A DNA stretch of 64,000 nt from Octopus sinensis (taxonomy: Eukaryota): positions 73,408,001 to 73,472,000 of the forward strand of contig NC_043001.1 in assembly GCF_006345805.1 (NCBI RefSeq). Reading direction: 5' to 3'. Shown here piece by piece: positions 27,511-42,146 of this stretch; the stretch's first letter is position 1, and every line of letters begins with the position of its first letter. The translations under genes were made by a program, and so were the position numbers. The notes under the pieces are model-generated. The model did no database searches. It was given only the letters and a program-made list of their open reading frames with translations, and was not told the DNA's origin.

Positions 27511-28850
27511 ATAGGTGGCAAGTTGGCAGAATTGTTAGCATGCTGAACAAAATGCTTAGTGATATTTCTTCTGAGTTCAAATGCTACCAAAGTCAACTTT
27601 ACCTTTCATCCTTTTGGGGTCAATGAAGTAAATACCTTTTGAAGACAGGGGCTGATATTGACTTACTCCTCCCACAAAATTTCACACCTTGTGCCTATAA
27701 CAGAAAGAATTTTTATCATAAAGGTGGTGAACTAGCAGAATCATTAGCATATTGTACAAAATACTTAGCAGCATCTCTTCTAACTCTTTACATTCTGGGT
27801 TCAAATCTCTCTCAAGACCAACTTTGCCTTTCATCTTTTTGGGACTGATAAAATAAAGTACTAGTCAAGTACTTGGTTTGATAAAACTGACTAATGTCCG
27901 TCTCCTTAAATTGCTGGCCTTGTTCCAAAATTTGAAACCATTATTATCATCATCATTGTTGTTGTTGTTATGAAGGCAGCAAGCTGGCAGAATCATTAGC
28001 ATTCCGAACAAAATGCTCAGTAGCTTTATGTTTCGAGTTCAGATACCAATGAGGCAAACTTTGCCTTTCATCCTTTCAAGGTCAATAAAATAATTACCAC
28101 TTGACCACTGGAGTTGATGTAATCGGCTTCCCCATCTCTCAAAATTGTTGGCTTTGTGCCAAATTGAGAAGGAATTATTATTATTATAATAAAGGCGGCA
28201 AGCTGGTAGAATCGTTAGAATGCCAGGCAAAATATTCAGTGGCATTTCGTCCATCTTTATGTTCTGAGTTCAAAATCCACTAAGGTTGACTTTACCTTTC
28301 ATCCTTTTGGGGTCAATACATTAAGTACTAGTCTATATAATTGACTAGACTCATCCCCCCAAATTTCAGGCCTTATGCCTTTAGTAGAAAGGATTATCAT
28401 CATTAATATAAAGGTGGTGAGCTGGCAGAATCATCATCACACCAGGCAAAATGCTTAGCGACATTTCATCCGTCTTAACATTCTGAGTTCAAATGCCTTT
28501 CACTTTGCCTTTCACCCTTTTGGGATTGATAAATTAAGGTACCAGTTGAGCACTGGGATCAATGTAATCAACTAGTCCCCAACCCCCAAATTTCAGGCCT
28601 TCTGCCTTTAGTAGAAAGGATTATTCTAAAGGTAATGAGCTGGCAGAATCATTAGTATGCCAGGCAAAATGCCTAGCAGAATCTCGTCTGTCTTTATGTT
28701 CTGAGTTCAAATGGTACTGAGGTTGGCTTTGCTTTTCATCCTTTTGGGGTCAATAGATAAAATAAGTACCAGTTGAGCATTGGGGTCAATTAATTGACTA
28801 GTCCCGCTCTCAAAATTTCAAGCCTTGTGCCTATAGTAGAAGGGATTGTT
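27511..28850 (+). mobile_element. Head-to-tail array of six SINE family A copies
   Basis: Heads near 27511, 27721, 27971, 28231, 28411 and 28629, each ~200-260 bp, separated by short (TTA)/(CAT)/(GTT) tails. Confidence 0.85.
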
Positions 28851-29840
28851 GTTGGATCACACAATCATTTTGTTCTGTCAGGTGTCAATCACAGGTCAAC
28901 CCTGATTGAGCAGAATGTCTCTGATTGGTTATAGATATTCTATCAATGACCATCCTGTCTTTTTATAAACAGCTTATTTAAGACTGCATTCATTCAATAC
29001 AATTTCTTTTTTAAAGGTGATAGTGTGATTTAAGAGAGACTTCACCATTTCTCAATGGTCAAAGGACTATGTAGAACCTTCCTTTTGTCAGAGTTATTGT
29101 GGAATGGGTGACAGAAAGACACTTCTCATAAGATAAGATTTAGTCAAGGCTCTGTAATTTACTTTTACTAATAAACTCCCAATTTAAAAGAATCTGTAAT
29201 TGATTAGTATCCTCTCCAATACAAACCTTATCCAAATACGAACTTGTAAAATACAGACCATCGTTATTGCATTAAGTAAGGAGTGCATGGAGAGAAGGAA
29301 CATGGCTTTGTGGTTAGACAAGTAAGGTCCTGATTCACAAGAACAAGAGTTTGATTCCCAGTATGGGAGGTGCTTTTTATCCTTGGACAAGCCACTTTGC
29401 TTGACATTGCTCCACTCCACTCAATGAGAAAAATGATGAGTGTTAAGTCTAACAGAGCATCTAGTCAACATCCAGTTTGTGCACACTGCTACCTTAATGA
29501 ATCAGCGATAGGACCAAAAACCTTTTGGGCATGAAGTGAAAAGCATACAACAGTGGACTGTTATATCCTAACTTTGTCTGTGTGTTTTTTTAATTTAAAG
29601 TATACCATTTTAGAATTCTTTTTATTTAACATTATAACTGATGATTTATTTTTGTTTCCATTGCTTAAAGGAGGAAGGGCAATCCTCATAATCCTTTGTT
29701 GTGGTCATGCTGTTATGCAATCATTGATTTAAATGTGTGTGTGTGTTCATTTGTATCTTCTTGTTTTGACATTGTGTGACAGTTGTAAATGAATATTCCA
29801 GTCATACAAGCAGTGTCATTTCTTTTCAAAATAAAGGCAT

Positions 29841-30150
29841 CTGGTATAGTAGTTAGGGTATTCCACTCACGATTGCAAAGTCATGAGTTCAAAAACTGGT
29901 GGCATGTTTGTCCTTGAGCAAGTCACTTTATTTCATGTACTCCAGTCCACTCAGCTGACAAACAGCAGTTGTACCTGTAATTCAAAAGGCCAACCTTGTC
30001 ACATTCTGTGTCACACTGAATCTCAGGATTATGCTAAGAGTATGCATGTCTGTGGAGTACTCAGCCACTTGCATGTTAATTTCATGAGTGGGCTGTTTTG
30101 TTGATCGGTTTGATTGGAACCCTCATCGTTGCAACCGATGGAGTGCCAGT
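29841..30150 (+). mobile_element. tRNA-derived SINE family C, older copy (another at ~56893-57175)
   Basis: tagt.gttaggg...gagttc...tccttgagcaag.cactttatttca...ctccagtccactcagctg...tctgtggagt.ctcagccacttgca.gttaatttc. Confidence 0.8.
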
Positions 30151-31753
30151 TCCATTCTTTTACAATATTTTGCCAGAACATGTCTGGCCTTGAAGAAATA
30201 TTACCTTGTTTAGAAACAGGTGAGATTGATGACTGGAAGGGCACAAAGCTGTAAAAAATTTGCCTCAACAAATCACGAGTGACCAGGCAAGCAGTATGTG
30301 TATGTATTTGTGTACACTTCCTTGTCTTGACATCACTGTCACAATGCTTGGAAACAGATGAAGGTTGGTGACAAGAAATCTGCCTTAGCAAATTCTGTTT
30401 GACAATGCAAGCATGGAAAATTGGGCATTAAACTGAAGATGGTGATGACCCAGACTGTTTGTACAGTTTTTTGTAAATTCACATATATCCAACAATTAAC
30501 CCAGGTGGGTGTATCATTGTGATTCTTTCAGTTATAGACTTTTCATAGTGGTAGTCCAGAATTGCTGCTTACCAATAGTTCTATGGGTGTGGATGTTAAG
30601 GAGAGTAACATTTGTTAGTCAAATAAATAACTTTCAAATAGTGCTGGCATCATCTTCATCATATAAATAAACAAGCAGACAGTTGATAGCCACAACAACA
30701 GCAATATGTTGATGCATCTCATACAGTAAGATGTTGTTGTTTGTAGAAGTGAATTAATTCAAAATTATGATAGGTTCAGGCATGGCTATGCAATTAAGAA
30801 GTTCTCTTCTTAACTACACAACTTCAGGTTCAGTTCCACTAAGTGACACCTTGGGAAAATATTTTCTATTTTACCCTTTGGCCTAATAATCTAATACTGG
30901 CTGCTGAGGAAATTTCATAGATGGAAACTAAAAGCATCTTATCACATGTATTTGTGTCTCTTTGTCCTGATATTACATGAGTGTTGTGTCACCATCATAC
31001 AAGCAAGTTTCATTCATTTCCAATCTCTCCTGAAAAAACAAGCCTGACAATTGGGGGAATATTACCTTGCATAGAAACAGGTGAAGGTTGTTGACAGGAA
31101 TGACACTCAGCTTTAGAAAAATTTACCTCGATGAAATTCCGCCCGACCCATACATGATGATGATCATCATCGTCATTATTTTATCAACAATGATGATGAT
31201 GGTGGTGTGTTTGTGTGTGCATGTGTATGTCTGAATGTTTACAATCTGTGGTGAGCTATGCTACGGATAGTGTTATCTTATCTTTGATTGGGCTGCAAAT
31301 GGTGACATTTGTTTATATTTCCTGTCAACAAAGTGTACTCCAGCTCTGCACTTGGAAATTTTTCTGTAGTTAAAAATCCTTACTCACAAACACAAGTATG
31401 AGTTGGTGACTGAACAAGCATCTAGTTTTTAAAATCCTGCTTCATGTTCCTTAATGTACCTTGCTAGTATGGAAATCAAATAAATGAACAGAGCAGATGA
31501 CTTTGTTTATTTCTCTTCTACATAGTGACATTTCTTTCTTATTAACTAAGCTATAATTTACTGCAATTCTCTGTCATAAGAGTTATGTTTTTATTAAAGG
31601 AAACAACTGTAATAATATTCACCTACCATGTTCCAAACATTCTTGTAAATGTGCTAATTTATAGACCTATCTAACCTGGGGCCAGTAAAAGGTTAAAAGA
31701 AGCTTGGTGTAATATATGATAATATAGTTTATTAAGATAAGACACACTTGTGA

Positions 31754-32062
<309 letters not shown>

Positions 32063-33854
32063 TGACATAGTGATTGGAATCTTGCACCCAGCAATCTGTG
32101 TGGTTCATATCAGCCACAGATCAGTTAATGTACTGAAGCTGCTGTAGAGGTACAAGTACGTTTTTTTAAATATTTTGTTTGATATTTTTGTCAGCACCAT
32201 ACCTGTGCTGGTGCCATGCCCATGCTGGTGCCATGCTTGTGCTGGCACCACATTAAAAACATCCAGCTGTAGAAAACAAGCCAAATTAGACTGGAACCTG
32301 GTACAGCTCTGGTCAAACTGTCCAACCCATATGCAGACATTAAAGGAGGCGGAGGGTTTTACCTTTAATCTTTTTAATACCAGTCTTCCTGAGACTGCCC
32401 TTGGTTCTATGATAGAAACTTCCTGTATTAAGCTGATCTAAATATAAGCCAACTATCACAATTTCATGTTAATTTATGTTCAAAACATCAGTTTAATAAT
32501 TAGTTATTTCATTAAATTCTTAATTATTTTGAAAGCTAATTAAAACAGAGACAGTGTATTTCAGCAGAAATAATGAAACAAAAGGATTAAACATTGCATG
32601 ACACTCGGTCTACATGTTCTGTAACTCACCTAAGACTGCTCCGTGGTTTTTATGACACAAATTTTCTGTTTTTAAAGTGATCTACATTAAAACATCAGAA
32701 TTTCAAGTTAATTTATGTTCTAAACACCAGCTTAATAAGGGGTTCAAATTTTGGCACAATGTTAGCAAGTTCAAGAGATGTGGTAAGTCTGTTACATGGA
32801 CCTCGGTGTTCAACTAGTACTTATTTTATCAACCCTGAAAGGATGAAAGGCAAAGTTGACCTTGGCAGAATTTGAACTCAGATCACAAAGACAGATGGAA
32901 TGCCATTAAGCATTTACTTGGCATGCTAGCAATTCTGTCAGCTTACCACTTTATAAACACCAGCTTAATAATGACAGTTATTTTACTAAATTCTTCATTT
33001 TTACCAAAATTCATTGAAACCATTTTTTACCAAAAATAATTGAAACAAATGTATTACTGTATTTCAACAGAAATATTGTAACAAAAGGGTTAAATATACT
33101 TCCTAAGTGACCAGATGATAGTGGAAGTTTTAGTAACTCAACAAAACAAATGTGTTACTTTAACTCTGCTTCAAAAGATACCAATAATGAAAAATGATAT
33201 TTAGAGAGCGGTACATGAGTGTACTACAGGATGATTATTTAAATTATTATTACAGCTGCTATTGTGCATTTTGTTTGTTTTTACATTCAGAGTGTAAATG
33301 GTGCCATGGTTGACTTTGCCTTTCATCCTTTTGGGGTCGCTGTAGTTGACTAGCCTCCTTCCTGCAAAATTGTTCCGATGGTAGAAAGAATTGTTGTTGT
33401 TATAGAAGTTGGTGAGCTGACTGAACCATTGGCACTCCGAACAAAATGCTTAGTGGCATTTCGTGTCTTTATGTTCTGAGTTCAAATACAACCAAGGTTG
33501 ACTTTGTCTTTCATCCCTTTCAGGGGTCAATAAAAAAAGTACCAATTGAGTACTGGGGTTGATGTAATCAACTTGCCGCCACTCCCAAAATTTCAGACCT
33601 TGTGCCTTGTACAGAAAGGATTATTGTTGTTATTATTGCAGTGTGCTGGCAGAATTGTTAGCACACTGGGTAACATGTGTAGTGGGATTTTGACCATCTT
33701 TATGTTTTGGGTTCAAATGTCACCAGGGTCAACTTTGACATGCATCCTTTTGGGGTTGATAAAATAAGTACTAGTCGAACACTGTGGTTGATGTAATCAA
33801 CTTACCTCCTCCCCTGAAATTGCTGGCCTTGTGTCAAAATTTGAAATCATTGTG

Positions 33855-33890
<36 letters not shown>

Positions 33891-35689
33891 GCAAAGATTT
33901 TCTATATAAATACTTGTCTTTTGAACTTACAGACTACAGTTTCAATCTGAAAGTGTATGTCGTCCCAGATAATCTCATAATCTAGTATTTTGTTAACAAT
34001 GATGTTTATTGTTTAATCAAGAAATGTTTGAACAGTTATTGATTTATTGTGTTAGATTCTGCACATAACAGTAACTTTCAATGCACTTCTGTCTAACTTG
34101 TTCATTGATCTCTCTGGTATCTCAGTATCTTAATAAAGAAGTAATTAGTCATTTATACATGTCATCGTCATCATTACCATTCCTTCAACATTTACATCTC
34201 CATTCTTGCATTCAACAGTTAGATGCTGGAGTTGCCAGCCAATCCTCACTTATTTCCAAGTGAGGTAATATTTCCCCTGTGTTTGAACACACTTCCACAA
34301 AAAATTAGAAAGGAATAGTATCGTTATGTATGACAGTGACAATTAAAGCTATTGTAAGATCAAGACAAAGCAGTATGTACAGACACACATACAACTCATT
34401 GATCAATAATGATCTGGCTCATCCATTGAGGAAATGGGAGGAAGTGTTAAGGAAAGGCATCAGCAATAGAACCATTCAAAAAGAGAATTGGAGTATGATC
34501 CAGTCCTAGGACCATCAGATCCTCACACTGTCCAACCCATGCCACCATGGAAGTTGGACATTGAAATATGAAGATGTTTATATATAAACATGCAGGTTTC
34601 TTTCAGTTTTCATGTTTCAGCCTTAAATGAATATCATCATCATTATTTAATGTTTGTTTTCAATGCTGGCATCAGCTGAATGGTTGGACAGAATCTGGTA
34701 CGGCCAGGAGCTGCACCAGGTACCATTGTCTGTTTTGGCATAGTTTCTAGGTCTGGATGCCCTTCCTAATACTAATCACTTTAGAGTGTGGTGTACTACG
34801 TGCTTTTTACTTGGCACCTGCACTGACAGGGTCAACAAGTACCTTGCAAGACAAAATCTCTCGCAGCTGGGAGGGTGGAGTAATATTGAGGTGGCTTTGT
34901 ACCAGTTGATGGAGATTAGAGGTATAGATGGACAGGGATAGGCGTCTTGCTGTAGATTAGATACATGAATACTCCAGTTGAAAAAGAAAGGAGGGTGAGT
35001 TAGAGAGCAAGATAAAGAGAGCAATAATGAGAGATGGTGGGAACGATGTGTTGGGACATGCCCTCAAGGGATATTAGTTGGGTGGGTAGGATGGAGGGCA
35101 ATGTCATCATTTAATGTCTATTTTTTATGCTAGCATGGGTTGGACAGTTTGACAGGAGCTGGAGAGCTGTTCAGGCTCTAATTGTCTGTTTTGGCATGGT
35201 TTTCCCTCAGCTGGATGCTCTTCCTAATACCAACTTCTTTACTGAATGTGCTGGGTGCTTTTTATGTACTGGGGCTTGTGATAGGTATGTGAAGACATTG
35301 AAGGTGATAGCAGATAAGTGAGGTGTTAATGATGGAGAACAGCACACAGGAGAGAAGGCAAAGGAAAGAGCTGATTTGTGGAGATAGTAGGCAGAGAAGA
35401 TAATGGAAAATAGAAGTGGTTTGGGGTAGGGGAGAAGGTAACTGAGAAAGCATGAGGATGTAGTATGTGCCTATTCTGCTCTCAGGTTTTAGAAAAGTGA
35501 TGGGTGTTAGGGATGAAAGATGCAGAGAAGTGGTTGGTGGGACTGAGAGGATGCAGGTGGTCATGGGGCAAAGCCCCACAGAGACAAGCATTAACCACGG
35601 TGGTTTAGGATATCAATTCCACTGTGGTGGATGGGTTTTCTTGAGTACATCAAGGTGCCAGATTTCTTGATCCTTCGTAAGGTTCAGTG

Positions 35690-35930
35690 TATTGAGATCA
35701 ACCTTCAGTACTTCATCCCATGTCTTCCTATGTCTCTCTCTCTCTCTCTCTTCCACGAGTTCCATCCACTTCAAATGATTAGCATTTCTTTCTAAAACTG
35801 TTCACATTCATACACACCACATGACCAAACCAACACAATCTTCTCTCTTGCACACTGCATCTAATTCCTCTTATGCCTAACTTTTCTCTCACTAGTGCTC
35901 TGTCGCACATCTACACTGACACTGCACAAC
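35690..35930 (-). mobile_element. Old RTE C-terminal fragment (another on + at ~38000-38170)
   Basis: Minus strand LCWFGHVVCMN, matching RTE RLxWFGHV. Confidence 0.55.
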
Positions 35931-36688
35931 AAACATGATGACATAAGGAGACAAACAAAACTATTTCCTTTCTCTTTGTAATGTTTTTTTTTTTTTTCAA
36001 TATAAAAAATGAAGGTAAAAGAAATGAAATGAAATAACAATCATAGAACTTAGTGATAACAATAACTTAAAAAATACAAGAATCAGGGAATCCTCATCAT
36101 TTATTGTCTATCTTCTCAAGCTGCTATGGGTTGGACAGTTAAATAGGAATGAAGTGTTAATTAATCTTTTAAGATGATTATTATGTTTGTTAAATAGGAA
36201 AACTGCACAGAGATGCAAGTATGGCTGAGTGGTAAGAAGCTTGCTTCCCAACCACATGATTCCAAGTTCAGCACCACTGCATGACACTTTAGTCAAGTGT
36301 TTTCTACTATAGCCTCAGGCTGACCAAAGCCTTGTGAGTGAATTTGGCAGATGGAAACTGAAAGAAGCCTGTTGCGTGTGTATGTCTCTCTGTCTGTGGT
36401 GTGTTAACATCCCTGTAACTTAGCAGTTCAGCAAAAGTATCCATAGAATAAGTACCAGGCTTTAAAAAAAAATTACTGAGGTCAATTCACTACATGGCCG
36501 CAGTCTGAAGACTGAAACAAATAAAAGATAAATATATTTCTATCATACTACACGATTGCTGTACTTCTTTAGTAAGACAGAAATAGCCATTATTGGTATT
36601 TCTAAGAGGAAATTTTTTTTTATAACTTTAAAACCTGAATATTTGCCATGTGATTTCCTAATTTTGTTTTGTTTTTTCATCTTTGCAG

Positions 36689-36819
36689 TGAAAGGGGTCA
36701 ATTTCTATGGTCCTAAAAGTGAATACATTGTAAGCGGTAGTGATTGCGGACATATTTTCCTTTGGGATAAACAAACTGAATCTGTTGTTCAGTTTATGAA
36801 AGGAGATGATGGTGGTGTG
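36689..36819 (+). CDS. DCAF8: DCAF8 exon (131 nt, phase 1/0)
   Basis: ttgcag|TG AAA...GTG|gtaagt; (V)[43 protein letters not shown]. Confidence 0.96.
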
Positions 36820-37090
36820 GTAAGTTTCTTTCTACAGTTTTTAAAACCAGTGTTGGAGGACTTGTTCAGTTTTTAATTAAGGGTGAGAGAGAAAACCTGC
36901 TTGTTTCTGAAAGTAACTGAGACTGCTGTTGATTGAGGATCAGTCAATTATTGGTTCTGGATCAGTTGAGTGTGTTGAGATCAATTGAGACTGCAGCCAT
37001 GCTGGGGTACTGCCTTGAAGAATTTTTAGTCAAATGAATCAGCTTTTGTACTTAAATTTCTTGCTAGGCCTGTGTATATATATTAATATC

Positions 37091-37456
37091 TATTATATAA
37101 AATCCATTCTGTCTGTCTGTGTGTGTGTCTTCTAGGATCTTGGGCATCCTCCATCCGATTGCGCTCAAATTTATATGTAGATACTGACGGTATCAGGGCA
37201 TGTATAAGTTTTGAAAAAAATTACAAAAATCGATTCCAGGTGAGAATGTGATCGATAAAGTGAATAAAATCGTTTTTCTTTGGAATAGAAAAAGTCTACC
37301 TTTATTTCTTCTTTTGCTGGTGTCTCAAATTTAGGTTAAATCAGTGTTTCTCAAAGGAGAGACCTATGGGACGATCTGACAAGTTATTTTGAGAAATTTG
37401 GTTTAAATGTTTGACAACTCAACACCATCCATTGGACAGGGGACGTTTTGCTCGTA
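37091..37456 (+). mobile_element. Possible non-autonomous Helitron-like element
   Basis: Starts tctattatataaaatc...ctgtctgtctgtgtg, CpG-rich interior, ends ggggacgttttgctcgt; pattern recognition only. Confidence 0.35.
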
Positions 37457-37464
37457 TCTATCTA

Positions 37465-37511
<47 letters not shown>

Positions 37512-37524
37512 TGTGTGTGTGTAT

Positions 37525-37560
<36 letters not shown>

Positions 37561-38984
37561 TTTTCATTTTCATCTTCTTGCTTGTTTCAGTCTCTAGACT
37601 GTGGCCATGCTGGGACACCATCTTGAAGAACTTTTAGCCAAATGAATCAATCCAAGCATTTATTATTTTTAGGCCTGGTATTTATTATACTGGTCTCTTT
37701 TGCCAAACTGCTAAGTTGCAGAAATGTAAGCACACCAACACTAGTTATCAAGGAGTGGTGGAGGACAAAAACACACACGCACACACATATACATATATAT
37801 GTGTGTGAGTGGATTCTTCCAGTCTCCATCTACCAAATCCACTCACAAGGCTTTGGTTGACCCAAGGCTATAGTAGAAGGTACTTGCTCAAGGTGCCATG
37901 CAGTGGGACTGAACCCAGAACCATGTGGTTGGGAAGCAAGCTTCTTATCACATGGCCACATTTATTATTTTTTTTTTTATTGTTGATTGAGTTGGGTACA
38001 AGAGGAATTTGATGCAGTATGCAAGAAAAAGATTGTGCTGGTTTGGTATTGTGGCGTGTATGAATGTGAACTGTTACATAAAGAAGTGCTGATCAACAAT
38101 GAAGAATGAGAATTGCTGGTCATTGCATTAGGCACCCAGAGAAACCAGAGAGTCAACTGGTCTTATTGGTAGTCAGTTGAAGGAAGAATCAACAGGGGAA
38201 GAAATCATCTAACCTATGTGAATAACTTCAGGACAGTGGAATGGCAAATGTTGATGGATTACTGACATGCATAGGGGACTGTGATGGACAGCAAGTTTGT
38301 GTGAAATCATTGAAGCTTCTGGGAGGATGGTCAAACTAAAACTAACTGTATTGTTGATTCTAAATCAATGATAATGATGATATAGCTATTGCCTTTGTCA
38401 GTTGTATATATATATATCTTACCAGTAGAACAACGTTTATTGACTTGGTCAACTCTGTATGTGTTTGACTAGTAGACCATCATATGACTTGGTCAATGGA
38501 AGCTGTAGTGATTTTAGGTGCAGGCATGGCTGCATGGTAAGAAGCTTACTTCCTAACCACATTTGTGGCACCTTGGGCAAGTGTTGTCCACTATAGCCTT
38601 AGGCCAACCAAAGCCTTGTGAATGGATTTAGTAGACAGAAACTGAGAGAAGCCTGTTGTATATATATGTGTGTTTGTTCCTCACCACCGGTTGACAACTG
38701 GTGTTGGTGTGTTTACATCTCCATAATTTGGCAGTTTTGGCAGATGAGATCAATAGGATAAGTACTAGGTTTTTAAAAATAAAAGTATTTGATTTGATTC
38801 ATTTGACTAAAAATTCTTCAAGGCAATGCCCCAGCATGGCTGTAGTCTAATGACTGAAACAAGTAAAAAGATAAAAGATAGTGAGTATTATTGAATTCCA
38901 CTGAGGTTGTAATAGATCAATAGGTTAACGAAAAGAAATGCAGATCATAGTTTCAAGGGTTTTGTTATCCTCTTGTCTTTGTAG

Positions 38985-39233
<249 letters not shown>

Positions 39234-41211
39234 TAGATGGAGTCACATGGTAGTGCCATGGGTACAAAATTTCTTCAGAAAAAATAGTAATAAATAAATA
39301 AAAAATAGCATGCCTTCCCTACAAATCTTGCTTTGCCCCAGCTTCTGGTACTCCATGCTATACCACTGCTTTCTCTCTCCTCCTTCTCCCCCTCTTCCTC
39401 CTACTACTACAGTAGCTCCTATTCCTCTGATGTGGCAGGCTGTGTTCAAACTGTCGAAGCATATACAATACACATATTCCTCACCTATTTTGAGTTCTAT
39501 CTCACTGTGAGATACCTTGAGACAAGTGTCTTATGCTGTAGTCTGAGGCCAACCTAATTCTTTGTGAGTGGAATTGCTAGACAGAACTATATGCAAGTTT
39601 GTTATCGTGTGTATGTGTGTGTATGTGTGTGCATGCATGTTGATATTCCATGACTTTGCTTGTCACCATATGAGCAAAGTAATGATGCTGTGATGTTTGC
39701 TTCCCTTGTTGACATTAAACCAGTTCTGTGCTTTCAAAGACCAGTGGAATAAAATAAATGGCCCTTATTGGTGAAATTGATGAGGATTGGTGAGGGGACA
39801 AGCATCTGGTTTTAAAACGCTGCAATTGAATGTTTCTTCAGCTCATGGTAGGACAGATATGAAATGAACAAACACTAGCTGTACTCATTATCTTCTGATT
39901 TGTCCACTGGATAGAATATTTTCAGTTATTGCAACACTTACATCATCATAACATCCGTTTTTCTATACTTTCATGGGTTGGCAGATGGAATTTTGTTGAG
40001 GCATATTTTCTATGCTGGATGCCCTTCCTGTTGCCAACCCTCACCTGTTTCCAGGCAAGGTAATATTTCCCTATGACCTAACATAGAAGATTGGAAACAA
40101 AGGACACTGCTTGCATGATGGTGAAACTTGTTTACAGCAATTACACAGTGTCATGGCAAGGAAACAGTAACACACACATGCATGTGCACTCACATACACA
40201 CACACTAGGCTTCTGGGCTTTCAGTTTCTGTCTACTGAATCCACCCACAAGGTTTTGGTCGGGCCAGGGTTAAAGCAAAAGACACTTTCCCAAGGTGACA
40301 TGCAGTGGTACTGAACTTGAAACCATGCAGTTAGGAAGCAAGCTTCTTACACCCACACTTGTATCTATTAATTTTCTATTTATCTTTTACTGTTTTTTTT
40401 TCTAACCATCCAAACCAGTTCTTCATTCTTTCATTATGTCAACTCCCATATCATCATCATCATCATTTAACATCCATTTTCCATGCTGGTATTGGTTGGA
40501 CGGTTTGGTAGGAGCTGGCCAGCTGAAGAGTTGCTTGGAGTCCATTCTGTTTTGGCTTGGTTTCTACTGCTGAATGCTTTTACACAGCATAGGCATGGAT
40601 ACTTTTACATAACACAGGCACAGGTGCTTTTATGCAGCACAGGCATCGGTGCTTTATATGTGGCACCAGCACCCATATCATCATCATTATCATCATCATC
40701 ATCAGGTTGGGAGCTACACCAGGTTTGATTTGGCATGGTTTCTACAGCTGGATGCCCTTCCTAATGCCAAAAACTCCATGAGTGTAGTGGGTGCTTTTTA
40801 CGTGCCACTTGCATGGGTGCCAGTTATGAAAGACTGACATTGGCCGTGACTATGATCTCACTTGACTTGACATGTCTTCTCAAGCACAGTATATTGCCAA
40901 AGGTCTCTATCACTTGTCACTGCCTCCATGGGGTCCAAAGTTTGAAGGATGCTTTTTACCTGCCACCAACACAAGTGCCAGGTATGCAATACTGGCATCG
41001 GTCACAACTATGATTTCACTTGGCTTGACAGGTCTTCTCAAAGACAAGATATTGCCCAACATTTGAAAGGTGCTTTTTACATCCCAGCAGCACAAGTGTC
41101 AATTACACAACACTGGCATTGGTCACAACTGTGAATTCAATTGGCTTGATGGGTCTTCTCAAGCACAACATATCGCCAAAGGTCTTGATCACTAGTCAAT
41201 ATATACATGTA

Positions 41212-41242
<31 letters not shown>

Positions 41243-41246
41243 TACA

Positions 41247-41281
<35 letters not shown>

Positions 41282-41306
41282 CATGAACTAACTGTTACTT
41301 TCTCAG

Positions 41307-41514
41307 ATGCAGCATGGAATTTTTTAATTGAATTTTTTCAGGTCGCAGTCTCAAAGCGACGAAAATATTTTGGCAAATATTGAAGTGAATCTAACGGTTT
41401 TTGTGTGTTTCTTAAATGGCTTATAAACACCTTCCATGCTGCAACTGTTTTCGTTCCAGCACACGATCTCAGATCAAGTCACTTGCTATGCAAGTACATC
41501 TCCACAATATATAT
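41307..41514 (+). mobile_element. Single full-length copy of the 19.4-kb element, lacking the 7-nt hammerhead core
   Basis: gcagcatggaattt...ca|ggtcgcagtctcaaagcgacgaaaatattttggcaaat...catctccacaatata aligns to 19592-19734 and to the left arm. Confidence 0.88.
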
Positions 41515-41657
41515 TAAAGATTGATTTGAAGCTATACCTTCCAGATGCACACAGAACTATATTGATATTTCTTTCTTTATTATATCTTTTTATCTTGTAG
41601 CCATCATTCCTGCAGTTCATTCCCTTTCATTTTGTCTCATATCTGTATCTGTTGTAG

Positions 41658-41759
41658 ATAATGAAAATGAACCACAAGCAAAGAGAGAAAGAAAGAGCTC
41701 AAGAACCAGAAATTGATAACCACATGTTGTTGTTTTTAATGAATCTCCACAGCAGAAGA
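41658..41759 (+). CDS. DCAF8: DCAF8 exon (102 nt, phase 0/0)
   Basis: ttgtag|ATA...AGA|gtaagt; IMKMNHKQREKERAQEPEIDNHMLLFLMNLHSRR (cf. recalled NKRERDE...FDSHMLWFLM). Confidence 0.88.
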
Positions 41760-42146
41760 GTAAGTCAATATGGCCATCTACTAATTAGATCCAATTAATG
41801 ACTTGGGTTTGTTAATATGGTTCACTGGTGAACACTTAATCGGTCAAGTGTTTATTTCAGTTACTGGAATATCTCATTCAGCAAGCAATTAGTCATCATG
41901 TTAATTTGTACCAAAACTTTACTTGATACATCATCATCACCACTATCATAATTCTCTTTCATTATCATCATCACCATCGTATTTGTGTATAGAGATGTGT
42001 AAGTACAAATGTATAATGAACTGGGTTAATGGGGGTGTAGGGGAGTTGGTGTATGTATGTATGTGTGTGTATATAACTAGATTGGTTTGTGTATTTGTTT
42101 TTTTTTTTTTTTTTGTTATTCTATTGTATTTTATTTATTTTTGCAG

